From NCBI RefSeq assembly GCF_041956535.1, contig NW_027192192.1, positions 747,796 to 811,795 on the forward strand: DNA of 64,000 nt. Reading direction: 5' to 3'. The notes below the pieces were generated by a model. It was not told the DNA's origin, did no database searches, and worked only from the letters and a program-made list of their open reading frames with translations. This document shows positions 37,393 through 49,464 of this stretch, one piece after another. A program made the position numbers and the translations under genes. This DNA comes from Calcarisporiella thermophila CBS 279.70 (taxonomy: Eukaryota; Fungi; Calcarisporiellomycota). The first letter of the stretch is position 1, and the number at the start of each line of letters is the position of its first letter.

Positions 37393-38894
37393 TTAGTGCC
37401 GATGGTATTGGTTAAGCGTTGAAGTGAAGGGGTCGACATTGCCAGCGTTGGTGGCAATCCAGTCATCGGGTGATCCACGGCGTCTCCTACGAATGAATTT
37501 GGTCGCAACAAAAGCAACCGCAATAATACCAATCACAGAACCGGCGACAGCACCACCGATGACAAGTGATCTACTGTTATCAGTAGAATCTTTGGTGGTT
37601 GCACCTTCCAAACCAGCGGTTGGGACAGGGGTCCCCAAACTAGATGCAAAATTTTGTATTGTGCTGCTAAATTCAAAGGGTGTAGTTGAAATTCCGGAGA
37701 GAGAAGTATAGGATATGGGACTTTGTGTGGTCTTCGTGGTCGGAGAGGGGATGATCGTTGTGGTAGTTGGTGTAATAGTAGTTGTTGGTTTTAGAGTAGG
37801 AGTGATGACTATTGTAGTGGTAGTTTCAGGGTTGATCGGTAATGGGTCTTTCTCTCCACCCTTTGGAGGCTCTTTCTTTTCACCCTCTTTTCCTGGCGGT
37901 ACAGGGGGTTTTACCACTCCACCGTTATCTCCACCTTTCCCTCCACCGTTGTCTCCACCTTTCCCTCCACCGTTGTCTCCACCTTTCCCTCCACCGTTGT
38001 CTCCACCTTTCCCTCCACCGTTGTCTCCACCTTTCCCTCCACCGTTGTCCTCCTACCTTTCCCTCCACCGTTGTCTCCTACCNNNNNNNNNNNNNNNNNN
38101 NNNNNNNNNNNNNNNNNNNNNNNNNNNNNNNNNNNNNNNNNNNNNNNNNNNNNNNNNNNNNNNNNNNNNNNNNNNNNNNNNNNNNNNNNNNNNNNNNNNN
38201 NNNNNNNNNNNNNNNNNNNNNNNNNNNNNNNNNNNNNNNNNNNNNNNNNNNNNNNNNNNNNNNNNNNNNNNNNNNNNNNNNNNNNNNNNNNNNNNNNNNN
38301 NNNNNNNNNNNNNNNNNNNNNNNNNNNNNNNNNNNNNNNNNNNNNNNNNNNNNNNNNNNNNNNNNNNNNNNNNNNNNNNNNNNNNNNNNNNNNNNNNNNN
38401 NNNNNNNNNNNNNNNNNNNNNNNNNNNNNNNNNNNNNNNNNNNNNNNNNNNNNNNNNNNNNNNNNNNNNNNNNNNNNNNNNNNNNNNNNNNNNNNNNNNN
38501 NNNNNNNNNNNNNNCCTTTCCCTCCACCGTTGTCTCCACCTTTCCCTCCACCGTTGTCTCCACCTTTCCCTCCACCGTTGTCTCCACCTTTCCCTCCACC
38601 GTTGTCCCCACCTTTCCCTCCACCGTTGTTCCCGCCATTCCCTCCACCGTTGTTCCCGCCATTCTCTCCACCGTTGTTCCCGCCATTCCCCCCACCGTTG
38701 TTCCCGCCATTCCCTCCACCGTTATCTCCGCCTTTCCCTCCACCGATGTCTTTGCCTTTCTCTTGGTTTTTATCAGGTACTCCGCCACCATCTTGCTTAG
38801 GAGTTGTATCTTGCCTCTTATATATTGGGGCTGCCATCACAGGTTTCAAGAGAGCCATCGCTACCGCGAGACAAGATGATACCACTAGTGACAT
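37393..38894 (-). CDS. Single-pass cell-surface protein: signal peptide, Gly-rich octapeptide repeats, Thr/Ser-rich stalk, TM helix, short tail (Mid2/mucin-like); interrupted by an assembly gap
   Basis: MSLVVSSCLAVAMALLKPVMAAPIYKR, (GGKGGDNG/GGNGGNNG)n, PTTTITPTTT, LVIGGAVAGSVIGIIAVAFVA-TKFIRRRRR, tail NVDPFTSTLNQYHRH*. Confidence 0.82.
37913..38744. repeat. 24-bp coding minisatellite (CCACCGTTGTCTCCACCTTTCCCT)n spanning a 432-N gap (38083-38514)
   Basis: Tandem units visible on both sides of the gap. Confidence 0.95.
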
Positions 38895-40271
38895 AGTTCT
38901 GACCTATTCAATAATCTATTAAAGGATTTGAATGCAAGAGCATAAAGAGTATAAATCGAAACCATACCTTGGAATGAGTGGAATGCGAAAAATCAAAATT
39001 TCAAATAGAAAGGGAAGAAATTACAAGTGAAAAATTTTCGCGTTGTTGACGAGAGGGGGAATAGCGCTTTGTTCTGTCCCGAGCTGTTTTTAGAAGGTTT
39101 ATTGCGCTACTAAAGTGGTGTAACCTAATGAGTACTCGACTAATCTGTAAGCAGCCTCGCGTGTACAAATTCAACGTTGAGCCAAATTGAAGTAATGCTA
39201 AATTACAACATAGGGTGCAATTAACGAGAATTAAGAATCCTATTCAGAGGGGATTCAACTATTTCCTTGTTTGGATCACAGGAATCGTTCATTTTAGGTT
39301 ATGTTCTGCTTCCAATACGGCATCTAAATAAATAAAAATCGAGCATCATTTTCTTTAATTCAAGGGCTCTGCTCAATTAATAAGAGCTTAAGTATATCGC
39401 CAGCTCTGAAAATTTTAAAATTCTAGAGCCGTTCCCCACTAATAACTGCTTACGTAGGAGTGAAATAGAGAATCACGAATATTTGTTATCGAGTTAACGC
39501 GGGGGACTATCTAACATAATACAGGTTATAAAACCCCAACTCAAAAGCATTTGGATTCAGAATAAACTAGACTGCTTGGTGAAGGGGAGTAAATTTATAA
39601 CTATGTTGGCAAATAAACCAAGTAATGGAGACTTCACTTTATTTATCTCCATATACACAATTTATGTAGGCAAAAGTAGTAGCTCCTTGCATCAAATGCA
39701 TCACTCTAGAGATAGCTTAATTTAACTTACAATCTACCATACAGGAGTAAAAAATGGTATTCCACTAAGTGTTGATGATTAACGGGTTTTCTGAGTATTG
39801 TTTTTTTCCTTCTCGCATCATAAAGTTATACAGCAGTGGGTTTGGGGGGAAGTACAATTTGAGATGTAATAAATAAATTCTGCTGAGTCTCGTACGACTC
39901 GTGGTTGGCGGAAAAAATGTGCCCAATGTGTCTTGAAGTAATCGCCCCGAAAGCTTTGGTCTACGTTTCTAACGAGTGAAATAGCATTAATTTTGAATCT
40001 GGTTATGTTTAAATATATTAGAAAGGTATTGTAAACAACAAAATCACGAAAAATATAAATCATTACGTTTTTTATATAAGATATATATGCGGGATACGTC
40101 TAGGTGGAAATAAAATGCTTTCTCAATTAATGGTGGCTTCCAATCTGTAAAATTTGAAGAAAAGCAATTGCGCTAATTCTGACGTCACAAAACTGCCAGT
40201 CACAAAGCATCCAAAATTTTATTATGGGGAGAATCAGCTAGGGCGAAAGAAGGGCAGGTGGCCAGCAAGCC

Positions 40272-43200
40272 ATGACAGATAATTTAGTCACGGAAAGCGA
40301 TGAGATTAACCACACTTCACCTCTGGAATTACCTGTAGCAGATCAGTCGCTACCGAATATCGGAGTAGAACAGGATCAGACGCCTCATCGGCTAATGAAT
40401 ACGGAAGACTCATTGCTCTCCACAATAGATTCGTCTACTCAACTTGATGCAGCTGAGCGCGAGAAATGCAATCTAAAAATCAAAGTTCCCTCCCTCCCAA
40501 CTGTTTTACCCCCTGTGTCCCCTACATCGAGCACATCTTCTTCACGGCCTCGATCGTTACGTTCCCTTAAATCATCTTCACGAAGTAACCCCACAAAGAA
40601 GTTGACGACAACATACATTAATCCCGTAGAAGTGCTGACCACATATTCAACGACGCCATATACTAGCGACACAGAGGATAATGATCCTCCCCCATCCCAT
40701 CCTCATAGACATCACCATTATTCACGCAGACAGCAGAATGGATCATCAGTAGTAAGAGAAGATCCGCCGTCATCATTAGATTCGATTTGGTCTTCATGGA
40801 GCACCAAGAAAGGAGGACGCGTAGAAGACAAAGTACAAGATCAGCCAGCCATAGCACCTTCTGCTGCGTCAGTTGGGGAGCGGGTGGGGGGTATGTCAGA
40901 GGCAATAGCAGCATTGCAGAATGTGGCGGTATTAGATACACCAGGAATGTTTCAGATAATTGTTAGAGATATCGATCAAACTCGAGCGTTGATGTACTAA
41001 TATTTATTTTTTTCTTGATTACTACAGACTTAAAACCAGAAAGCTTATCTCGTTCTAAACGCCGTGTTTCGTCTTCGAAAGACTTCCTCTCATCTAATCC
41101 CAAATCTCCCAGAGAGCCTGTTCATTCAGTCGATTCTCTCTCTGCTTCTTCATCAGGAATTCCATCATTCAACGAATATTTACCTGATGATTGCTTTTTC
41201 TCCGCGGTGATGCTAATGTATTGGTCCAATGTAGTGGGGCCAAAGATTGTGAAGGTGATATAATTTTAGAAGAAGTAGTTTTTATCAAAAATGAGTAAAA
41301 TTCTTCGAGTATAGGTGTGGTCATCGGAATTTACAAAACCTGACGAACCAATGTTGATGCATGCTGCAAAACAAATAATGAATGGAGAGGTGGGGAGAGT
41401 TGTAGAAGGAATAGAGCCCAAATTTTTGGTTTTGAGTGAAGAAGGTAAATTCATTTGGATGTAGTATTCTATCGATACTAATAACATCTTTAACTTCAAT
41501 ATTTAGGGGTTTTGGCTGCTTCCTTTCTCTATACAGATTATTGCACTGGAGGCTCTCCTAGCTCCACTCCCGGCTCCTCTTATAAAGAAGATCCACTTCA
41601 TTCGAATCATCGTACTCAGATACACGAAGAAACTACAAAATTTGGACTTGCATTCTTGGTCCCTCTTCAATACATTTCTGGTTTCTCTGCGTACTTTGAA
41701 ATTATGACGGATAGAGTTCCGTTTCTAATTGAAAAGCTGCGTGCATTGAGAAGATCAATGGTAGGTTATAAACTATTCTACCTGCTTACTAGTTCAACTT
41801 ACTTATACAAGTTTATAGCTATGGAAAGATATCCTTGAGTACTTTGCATCTTTTCATCTTATCCCTTTTGTTGATCAAATCAAGAGTTTAGAATCTGTGT
41901 CATTGCCATCGGAACATATAAAAGTATGTATTTTTTTTTTTATTGCGTTGATATGTTCTATATTTTCTAAATCAATCCCATCTTGTAGATCAGCCATACT
42001 GTTCTAGGCTGTGAAGCTGAACATGTGCTCAGTGTCGAATTCATGGCAAGGTATTGTAGAGCTGGCTACTCTCCTCCTCCATTCCGATGAAGAGCAAACG
42101 AATTTATTGTTTGCAATTTCTTTACAGGGTCATCACTTCGCACTTGCAAACACTTGGCAGCACCATTGTTTTAGGGACCAACATCACTATCGTGAACATG
42201 GTGAATCAACAAAGATTTTGATCATCTAGTCACTTCATCTCGCTAATCTTATGTGTACCCGTAATTTAATAATAGCTTATTAATACCTTGGCTCTATTTC
42301 TATCGCCCGCCGAACGAAGTCGTTCATGCCATGCACGGAAACACCACTATTACTTGCCTGACCTGTATCTTCAGGGGATATTGGTATATTTTCTTTCTAG
42401 CTTCTCTTTACTTAGTCTATATTGAATTATTGTTTTAGTCTCAGGGCGTAGATTATGACTCGAATATTGAATACTACATTTTCGAATCACCATTGCCCAC
42501 CACTCTCGTTAACATTACAGAGGGCACCGTCGAACGCACTGAGCTTCTTCCTGGCTATCCGCGTCTTCGCGCAGAGATTTACCGTTATATTCTGACACAA
42601 ATGGAGAATGGAAATCTCCCAACCCTGGAGAGCGAATACTTCAACGGCCTAGATGGAGCATAGTAAATTTCATTTACCCTTTTTAAACCTTGGGACACTA
42701 GCTAAACTAATCATTGCGGTAGTAATGTGTTCCGCCCAGTGAAAGAGTCCGCTCCAATGGTTCGCAAGCTCCTGGAGCGTCTCTTCCGACTTCCCTCCAC
42801 GATGCGAGAAGCATATATACGACAGTGGCGACGATGGCTCATACGAAAAGCGATGGTTCTTGTCAAAATCGTGGAATACGAGTCGTGAGCATCTATACTT
42901 TCGCTCGTTCCTATTACCATTTCACTGAGTTTTTTGTTTCAATCTTTTACTATAGATCAAAATGTCCGCGCGGGCCATTTTCAGCTTCGACTTCACCCAG
43001 CAAAGCTAAGCGTAAAGATAGCATCGACGCAACGTCGACCTTACAGGCTACCGCTGGGGACAATAATGGAACCCCCAATGGCAATGTTGCGACAAATTAT
43101 GGTACAAGTGGCACCGCCACCACACCCACTAAACTTACACGACGACGTGGGGTAGGTTCCATGAACAGTGGATCTGGTTTTCATATGCTACAAGAGCGAC

Positions 43201-43286
43201 TAATGTTGGCGCATGAGCTGGATTTAAGCATTGTGCTGGCGCAGGCCGAAAAACTCAGGCCGGGCGTGGTTCGCATGTGTATGTGA
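40272..43286 (+). CDS. C9orf72-like DENN-domain protein with a long Ser-rich N-terminal extension (about 10 exons)
   Basis: AVMLMYWSNVVGPKIVK|VW, AKQIMNGEVGR, IEPKFLVLSEE|GV, ITSHLQTLGSTIVLG, INTLALFLSPAER, YLPDLYLQGIL, PLPTTLVN, DLSIVLAQAEKLRPG, co-linear with the C9orf72 longin/DENN motifs as I recall them. Confidence 0.9.
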
Positions 43287-44847
43287 AGTTTTACCTGTGT
43301 GTGAATTACATTCGATTTTCTTTCCTCTTTTGATATGTATATACGATATATGTTATCCAGACCATTTCCTTCTGCTGTGACGTTTTTTTTCTTGTATATC
43401 TTTTTCGCTTATATACTTTTCCTTTCAAAACGTTCCTCTCTTTTTTACTTATAAAAATGGTATGACCAATCCTTCTCTCTACCCTCTTCATTTCTTTTAT
43501 TTTCTCTTTCTCTTTCTCTTCTTTCTATTTCATCCCTTAATTACTTAAAACATTGTGTCCCAGTAAATGAATATGGGCATTTTATTGAAAATTCGAAGAA
43601 GTAAACTGATATATTCTCAAAGAACTAGGCATCGTGATCTACCAATATTCCGTTACAGGTTTTAAAGATTTTGATAAGACCATCTAAGACTTCGGTTTCA
43701 TCACGTGTCCTATCAAAGATCTCATATCCCAGTAATGGATTCTAGTAGTGATGTTTAATCTGCACAGTTTTAACTCGATCCCACAAAGACTGTTCGCATC
43801 CTTGTTCCTGGGTCCTAGCCTTCAATCGCAACCATGTAGATCAGATATTGATGGTTGAATTGATTTTGAAATGAGGTGTATCTAAGAAATTCGCCATTTA
43901 GACATATGATGGGCTGCGAAGAAGAAGAGTTTAGTACCAACGTAAATCTATGCGCGAAGGCTTTTTAAAAAGGAAATTGCTAAATAAATATGCCAAACAC
44001 ATGTACGGGACTGCAACGGAGATACCCGTTGGACTAGAGTTAAACAGCTTACAAACTCATGTATTCCGGTATTTTGGATGAGAAATTTCAGGTACCTTGA
44101 TTGTTTGAAATATGCCAGTAGGCAACTGAAGCTTTTGTTCATCTCACAGCAATTTTCGCAATAACATCGAAGCTCACATGTAATATAAGGCATCTAATAG
44201 TTATTAGATTGTTTGCTGCTATCAAAAGCTTGGCTGTTCGTCGTATAGCAGATACCCCAACTAAATTAATAGCGCATGACGATATTCAAAATGCTAATGT
44301 GGCTCATTTGTTGCTTACCTTGGTGCAAAAGCGGTTATGTTAATCCGTTTGCATCCGAATGTGTGTACTTAATTGTTTGCAGATTTCCCATGCTTTATTT
44401 CCGCAACCACCGGCGTGTTTTCTCATCCCATCATCATTTTTAAAACTTTTCTCCCGCTTTATTCATTATTCTTATCTCTATTACTACTCACTCTCGTGGT
44501 CGAGCAAGTATGATAATTCCAGGAAATTTCATATTGGGCGACAGGGCATGCCTTAAACATTACCACCATTTTTAAGTCGGTTAAACTATAATTTCAGATG
44601 ATGCAGGATGCACAAAATTAGCGAATAAGGTTGATGCGATTGCGGGCAAATGCAAGGAGAAACCGATTTTTACTTTTGCCACAACTTCCTCGATTTATAT
44701 GGACTCCGTAAATTGTTCCCCTTTCTCTTTGCTTTCTACTTTTTGTTGCCGCTTGCCATTCATTAATGCTTACTCAAATTCTCTCCTTTTATAACTAAAA
44801 TAATTCGAATTTCTTTCTTGACACTTACTATTTTATTCTAGTAAATA

Positions 44848-45990
44848 ATGGGGAATAATAGATTCTCTAAAATCAAATCACGTCTTTCCTTTAAACCTCA
44901 GCCTACATCCAATGTCTCACTCCCTCTTCCTGCCTCTCCCTACCCAACCGATAGGCATTCAGCTGCCCATCAACATTATCAAAAGGCCATTCGCGCAATA
45001 CGCGACTACACTCCATCTTCAAAGGAGGAGCTGGCCTTTTCGCAAGGGGATTTCTTCTATGTCTTGCGTGACTATGGGCCATGCTATTTTGAAGCATGCA
45101 ACCCTGTTACAGGTGTGCGTGGATTGGTCCCCGTTGACTATGTAGAGGTGTTGGAACGTGGCCAACGACGTAAACACTCGAGTGTACGTGCTAGTACTGA
45201 CAATACAGCTGTTCCTAAGACGCGGTCGGGTAGTTCCCCTCTCTTACTTGCAGTTGTAAAATATGATTTCAGGGCGGAATATCCTCAGGAGCTCGGGGTC
45301 TCTGCTGGCGAACACCTGGTCATTATTGATGTGGTCAACAATGAATGGCTTGCTGCTAAGCCCATAGGAAGGCTGGGAGGTCCAGGAATTGTTCCTGCCT
45401 CTTATGTTGAGATCCGTGATCTACACACTGGCTCACCTATTCCTAATGCTTTATCTCTGCTTCTCAAAACGAAGAGAAAAGTAGAGCAAAACCACCCGGC
45501 ACGCAATACAACGCCAGCGGTGACTGAACTACCTGGAGATGAAGAATTTGAAATACCGGAGTATTCAGAAATGAATGAGGACGGCAAGTGGAATCCAGAT
45601 GAAATCGGTGGCATTGATAGTTTAATCGAGAGCCTTCGTGTCATGGCGGAGCCTTCTGTGCCTCTTCCGTCACAGCCTTATCAACACTCCCCTCCAAGAA
45701 AGCAGCGTCAGCCCACCTCTAGCTCTACCGTATCCTCACTCTCCTTCTCGTCCTCTACCTCTGGTGGTAGCAGCTTTGCCTCTTCTTCCCCTCCGCATCC
45801 CTCTCAGTTTTATCCAGTGCCTAATTCAATTGCGAAACAGGGTGATATGCAAACGCTGGTTCTAGTTCCCGTGTTTTCACCAAATGTTTGGGACGACCTT
45901 ATGAATAAGATTCTCTTATCACCCGACATCAGACGGATAGAACCATTTTATCCAGGGGGGAATGAGAATGGGTGGGGTTTACACTCTTAA
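44848..45990 (+). CDS. Bem1/Scd2-like tandem SH3 protein, intronless, lacking PX and PB1 domains
   Basis: AIRDYTPSSKEELAFSQGDFFYV..FEACNPVTGVRGLVP; VVKYDFRAEYPQELGVSAGE..EWLAAKPIGRLGGPGIVPASYVEIRD. Confidence 0.87.
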   Translation: MGNNRFSKIKSRLSFKPQPTSNVSLPLPASPYPTDRHSAAHQHYQKAIRAIRDYTPSSKEELAFSQGDFFYVLRDYGPCYFEACNPVTGVRGLVPVDYVEVLERGQRRKHSSVRASTDNTAVPKTRSGSSPLLLAVVKYDFRAEYPQELGVSAGEHLVIIDVVNNEWLAAKPIGRLGGPGIVPASYVEIRDLHTGSPIPNALSLLLKTKRKVEQNHPARNTTPAVTELPGDEEFEIPEYSEMNEDGKWNPDEIGGIDSLIESLRVMAEPSVPLPSQPYQHSPPRKQRQPTSSSTVSSLSFSSSTSGGSSFASSSPPHPSQFYPVPNSIAKQGDMQTLVLVPVFSPNVWDDLMNKILLSPDIRRIEPFYPGGNENGWGLHS

Positions 45991-46501
45991 TTTTGCAAGT
46001 CAACCCCTACTAGTTATTCTACTATATTTTCTAAATTTGTAAAAAGATATTGTAGGTTTATAATCTTTTTAGCTTGACAATTGTTTCTGTTTTTTTTTTC
46101 ACTCCCTTAATACCACTTAATTTCTGCTCACCGAATCTAATCACACAATCTCATATTTTTGATTTTGTCAAATACGCTCATGGGATAATAAACCGATCAT
46201 AAAGAGCACGAAAATACCGGATAAGACAAAGAAGGATTATATTATTCAAAGAAAGATTTAAAAAGAGGGTGTGTTGAAAAATTGAGAAAAAAATTACAAA
46301 TTACACATATAGAAAAAATAGACGTATACGAAGAATAGGGGGAAAAACAAAATGCGTCTATGATGAGCCATATATAAAATAAAATAAAAAGATGGTAAAT
46401 AAAAATAAGAAGGGATATAGGATAATTAAGTCGAATGCAAAAAAAAAACGAAATGTTTGATATTTGAAAAAACAAGAAATATTCATTCAATAGGAAATGC
46501 C

Positions 46502-47492
46502 TCAACAACAGTTGTTTCGATGTCGTTTGCGCGGAACCCTTTGCGCAAGCCGTCTCAGGGAAGAATCTCCATATTGTATCCCACTCCCAGCCTTTTCAGG
46601 ATCAATTTGCCCAGTTTCGATCTTGGTGAGGATGGAGCGCGCACACTTCATAAATACCTCTTCTACTCCTTCACCGGTAAGTGCACTCGTCTCCAGTACC
46701 ATCATTTCATGCTCCTGAGCAAACTTGGTCGCCTCCAGATAAGTAATCTCTCGTTCGTCATCAAGATCTTTTTTATTTCCAACGAGAATGACTACCAAAT
46801 CTGGGCTTGCTAGTTGGCGGGCGTCGTAAAGCCATCGAGCAAGCGTGTTGAAACTCGCACGGCTAATAAGTGCCAGTCATTTAGTTAAACCAAAGCTAAA
46901 TAGAGCGAGAACAAGAACAAACTTTGTAGTATCATAAACCAATAAAGCACCCGCCGCGCCCCGATAATAGCTCCTGGTAACGGATCTATATCCGTTAAAA
47001 CATCGTGATTTAACACATTGCTGTATTGATTTAAATCTAAATATGTCCACATTACCTGAATCTTTCTTGTCCAGCCTATGAATAGGTTATAAGGTCAGAT
47101 TTTAATATCCTTAATATTCGAATTCTCTGCCTTTCAGAAGCTCACCGTATCCCAAATCTGTAGTTTTACAGCTTTGTCACCTATTTGTATTATCCTACTT
47201 CCAAACTCAACGCCAATCGTGTGGGATGATCCTTCTCTGAACTTGTTTTCCAAAAACTGATGTAACAAACATGATCTAGACAAGAAGATGGACCAGTTTA
47301 TGTTAACTATTGACATGCACAGTGTCGTTATCTCAATTTAGCTTCATCCATACTTTCCAGTGCCACTTTCGCCGATAATTAAAAATTTGAGCAGAAAGTC
47401 TAAATCACAGCATCGTCAGATGCTTGAACATAACTTAGTTATACAGCAGAAATCATACCGTATGAGGCTGTGGTCGTGTAGGATGTAGCCAT
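46502..47492 (-). CDS. RAB4: Rab4-family small GTPase (6 exons)
   Basis: [83 protein letters not shown]-terminal CC. Confidence 0.93.
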
Positions 47493-47704
47493 TACTGCAT
47501 ATTCTAAATTCCAATCTTTGATTCACCTTACAAAATATATTGAGATATGACGTTCTCTGATATAAGTTATTCTGAAATACGTCGGAATGCGAAATTGGCG
47601 AAAAAGTAAATCCTTTTGATTTTATTCCCGTTCTCAGTTTTCACGTTGCTTTGTCATTGCTCTCTGCCTCCTCCTCCGTTTCGCTCGTCCTCCATTCTGT
47701 AAAC

Positions 47705-48892
47705 ATGGACACCCCCTTTCGCAATTTACAGCCATTCGAACCTTATTGGGGTAAAGTGTAAGCTCACACTTTTTTTTCGCTGTCTTTCTCCCACTTAGCT
47801 TCTCATTCTTCTCTGCTCATTAGAACCTCCACGATAGATTGGTGCGAGGTAAGCTGCCGTCTTTGCATGTGCTATTTGATAAATTCTCCGAAAACCTTTT
47901 ACTCAATATAGGAGAACTATACCGTCCTCTTCTGGATTGCTGAATTCTTCAATACCGTTACAAATGCATTCTTCGGTAAGAAAGAATCATAAATCTTGGT
48001 TTCAAAGTCCTAATATGGCCCTCATATCTTGTTGCAATATAGTAATTCTATCGTTGGTCGGTATTTATGTCAATATTAGAAACAAGCTTGGGTTTCGATT
48101 TACTTTGTCAAATGTTGGACTTCTTCTCATTGGAATAGGATCGTAAGTCAATTAACTCCCTCCCTTCTTTCGGGGGGTTTTTTCTTTTATTAAGGAATTT
48201 TTCGTTTGAACAGCTGGTGGTTCCATATGACTCTTCAATACGAGTTCCAGCTTTTGGATGAACTACCAATGATTTATGGCGCCCTGATACTTGTCTATAA
48301 TATTTTCGAAATGAACACCCGCCCAAGATATGGCTTATTTCTTCCGGCACTTCTCGCACTTTATGGGATAGTTGTTACCGCAGTTTATATCAAAATCCGT
48401 AATCCTGTTTTTCATCAGGTGGCATACGCCATTCTTGTTGGAATTCTTGTTGTACGCTCGGTAGCACTTCTTAGGCGCATCGAAGATAAGAAGCGAAAGG
48501 GGGAACTGAGCTTTTTGCTTCAGATGGCTGTGATGACGTTTGGAGGAGGTTTTGTCCTCTGGAACATTGATAACCAATTTTGTAATGGCCTTCGGAATAT
48601 ACGGTGGCGATATCTGCCGTTCCCATTCTCTGGCCTAGCAGAGTTACATGGATGGTGGCACATATTGACGTGTTTGGTGGCTATCTCCCCTTGACGCTGA
48701 TATTTATGCCAAAAACTAATTAAATTGCTTCTGCTATAATAGGGAACCCACTTCTACTTGATTGCCAACCAGTATCTCTACTGCATATATATTGGACGAG
48801 GCGACGAGTTCGACCTAAAATACTATTTTGGACTGCCTTTTGTAATACGGTCGACACAAGTGGAGAAAAAGAACAAGAAAAAACGATTGTAG
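47705..48892 (+). CDS. Alkaline ceramidase (Ypc1/Ydc1/ACER3 family)
   Basis: YWGKV|TSTIDWCE|ENY..IAEFFNT, GIGS|WWFHMTLQYEFQLLDELPMIY, LWNIDNQFC, ELHGWWHILT; C-terminal KKRL (KKxx). Confidence 0.93.
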
Positions 48893-49464
48893 ACATTAAT
48901 TGTGTTGTAGAATAAAATTTCCCTATATTGATTCTAATATGTTCATTACTTCGACGATAGTTTTGATAAATGTATTTATTATCTAAGTTAATTAGAACCA
49001 CTCTGGTGCTCGGTACTTTTAAAAATGGGATTGCCCTAATACGGGTGCTCGAAATAAGCCTAGATGGCTGGGATAGCCCTGGGGATTTTAAGGGCCATAA
49101 GGAACCAGACGAGGGCAAATGCTCAATGTGGTGATATTATGATTACGTTTAAGGACTTTTTTAAATATAACGGGAGTAGTTTGATCAATGCCATATAAGG
49201 CAGGCGCAATTAAGAAAAATCTGCAATTGAAAGAGGTTCGGGTTGTTTTTGTGATAATTTTTGAAGATTCTATTAGAAAAGGCCCGTTCTGAAGTTAGGT
49301 GTTGCCTTGTGAAAAGAAAAGAAGAAAAAAGACCAGGCAAGAAAAAGCAAAGCTCCTTCTTTTAGTACCACAAGATTTTTCTACCATTTTTTCTTTCACT
49401 TGTTTACCTTGACAAAAATTCGTTGTTTCATTGTTTGTGGGAGTTTTCTTCTTCTTACATTCAG

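Noticed and set aside
38045-38082. Frameshift within the Gly-repeat gene
   Set aside because: It lies at the low-quality contig edge next to the N gap, whose length is only an estimate.
37913-38744. CRISPR-like array
   Set aside because: The units are head-to-tail with no unique spacers; this is a coding minisatellite in a eukaryote.
40944-41028. Non-canonical GA-AG intron in the C9orf72-like gene
   Set aside because: A canonical phase-compatible GTATGT donor exists at 40891.
43600-44300. Possible hidden or decayed gene between the C9orf72-like and Bem1-like genes
   Set aside because: The fragments have frequent stops and no recognisable motif, so the call cannot be supported.
44548-44560. 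U12 snRNA-like 5' end ATGCCTTAAAC
   Set aside because: Similarity stops after 11 nt and the GTAAGGA branch-recognition sequence is absent.
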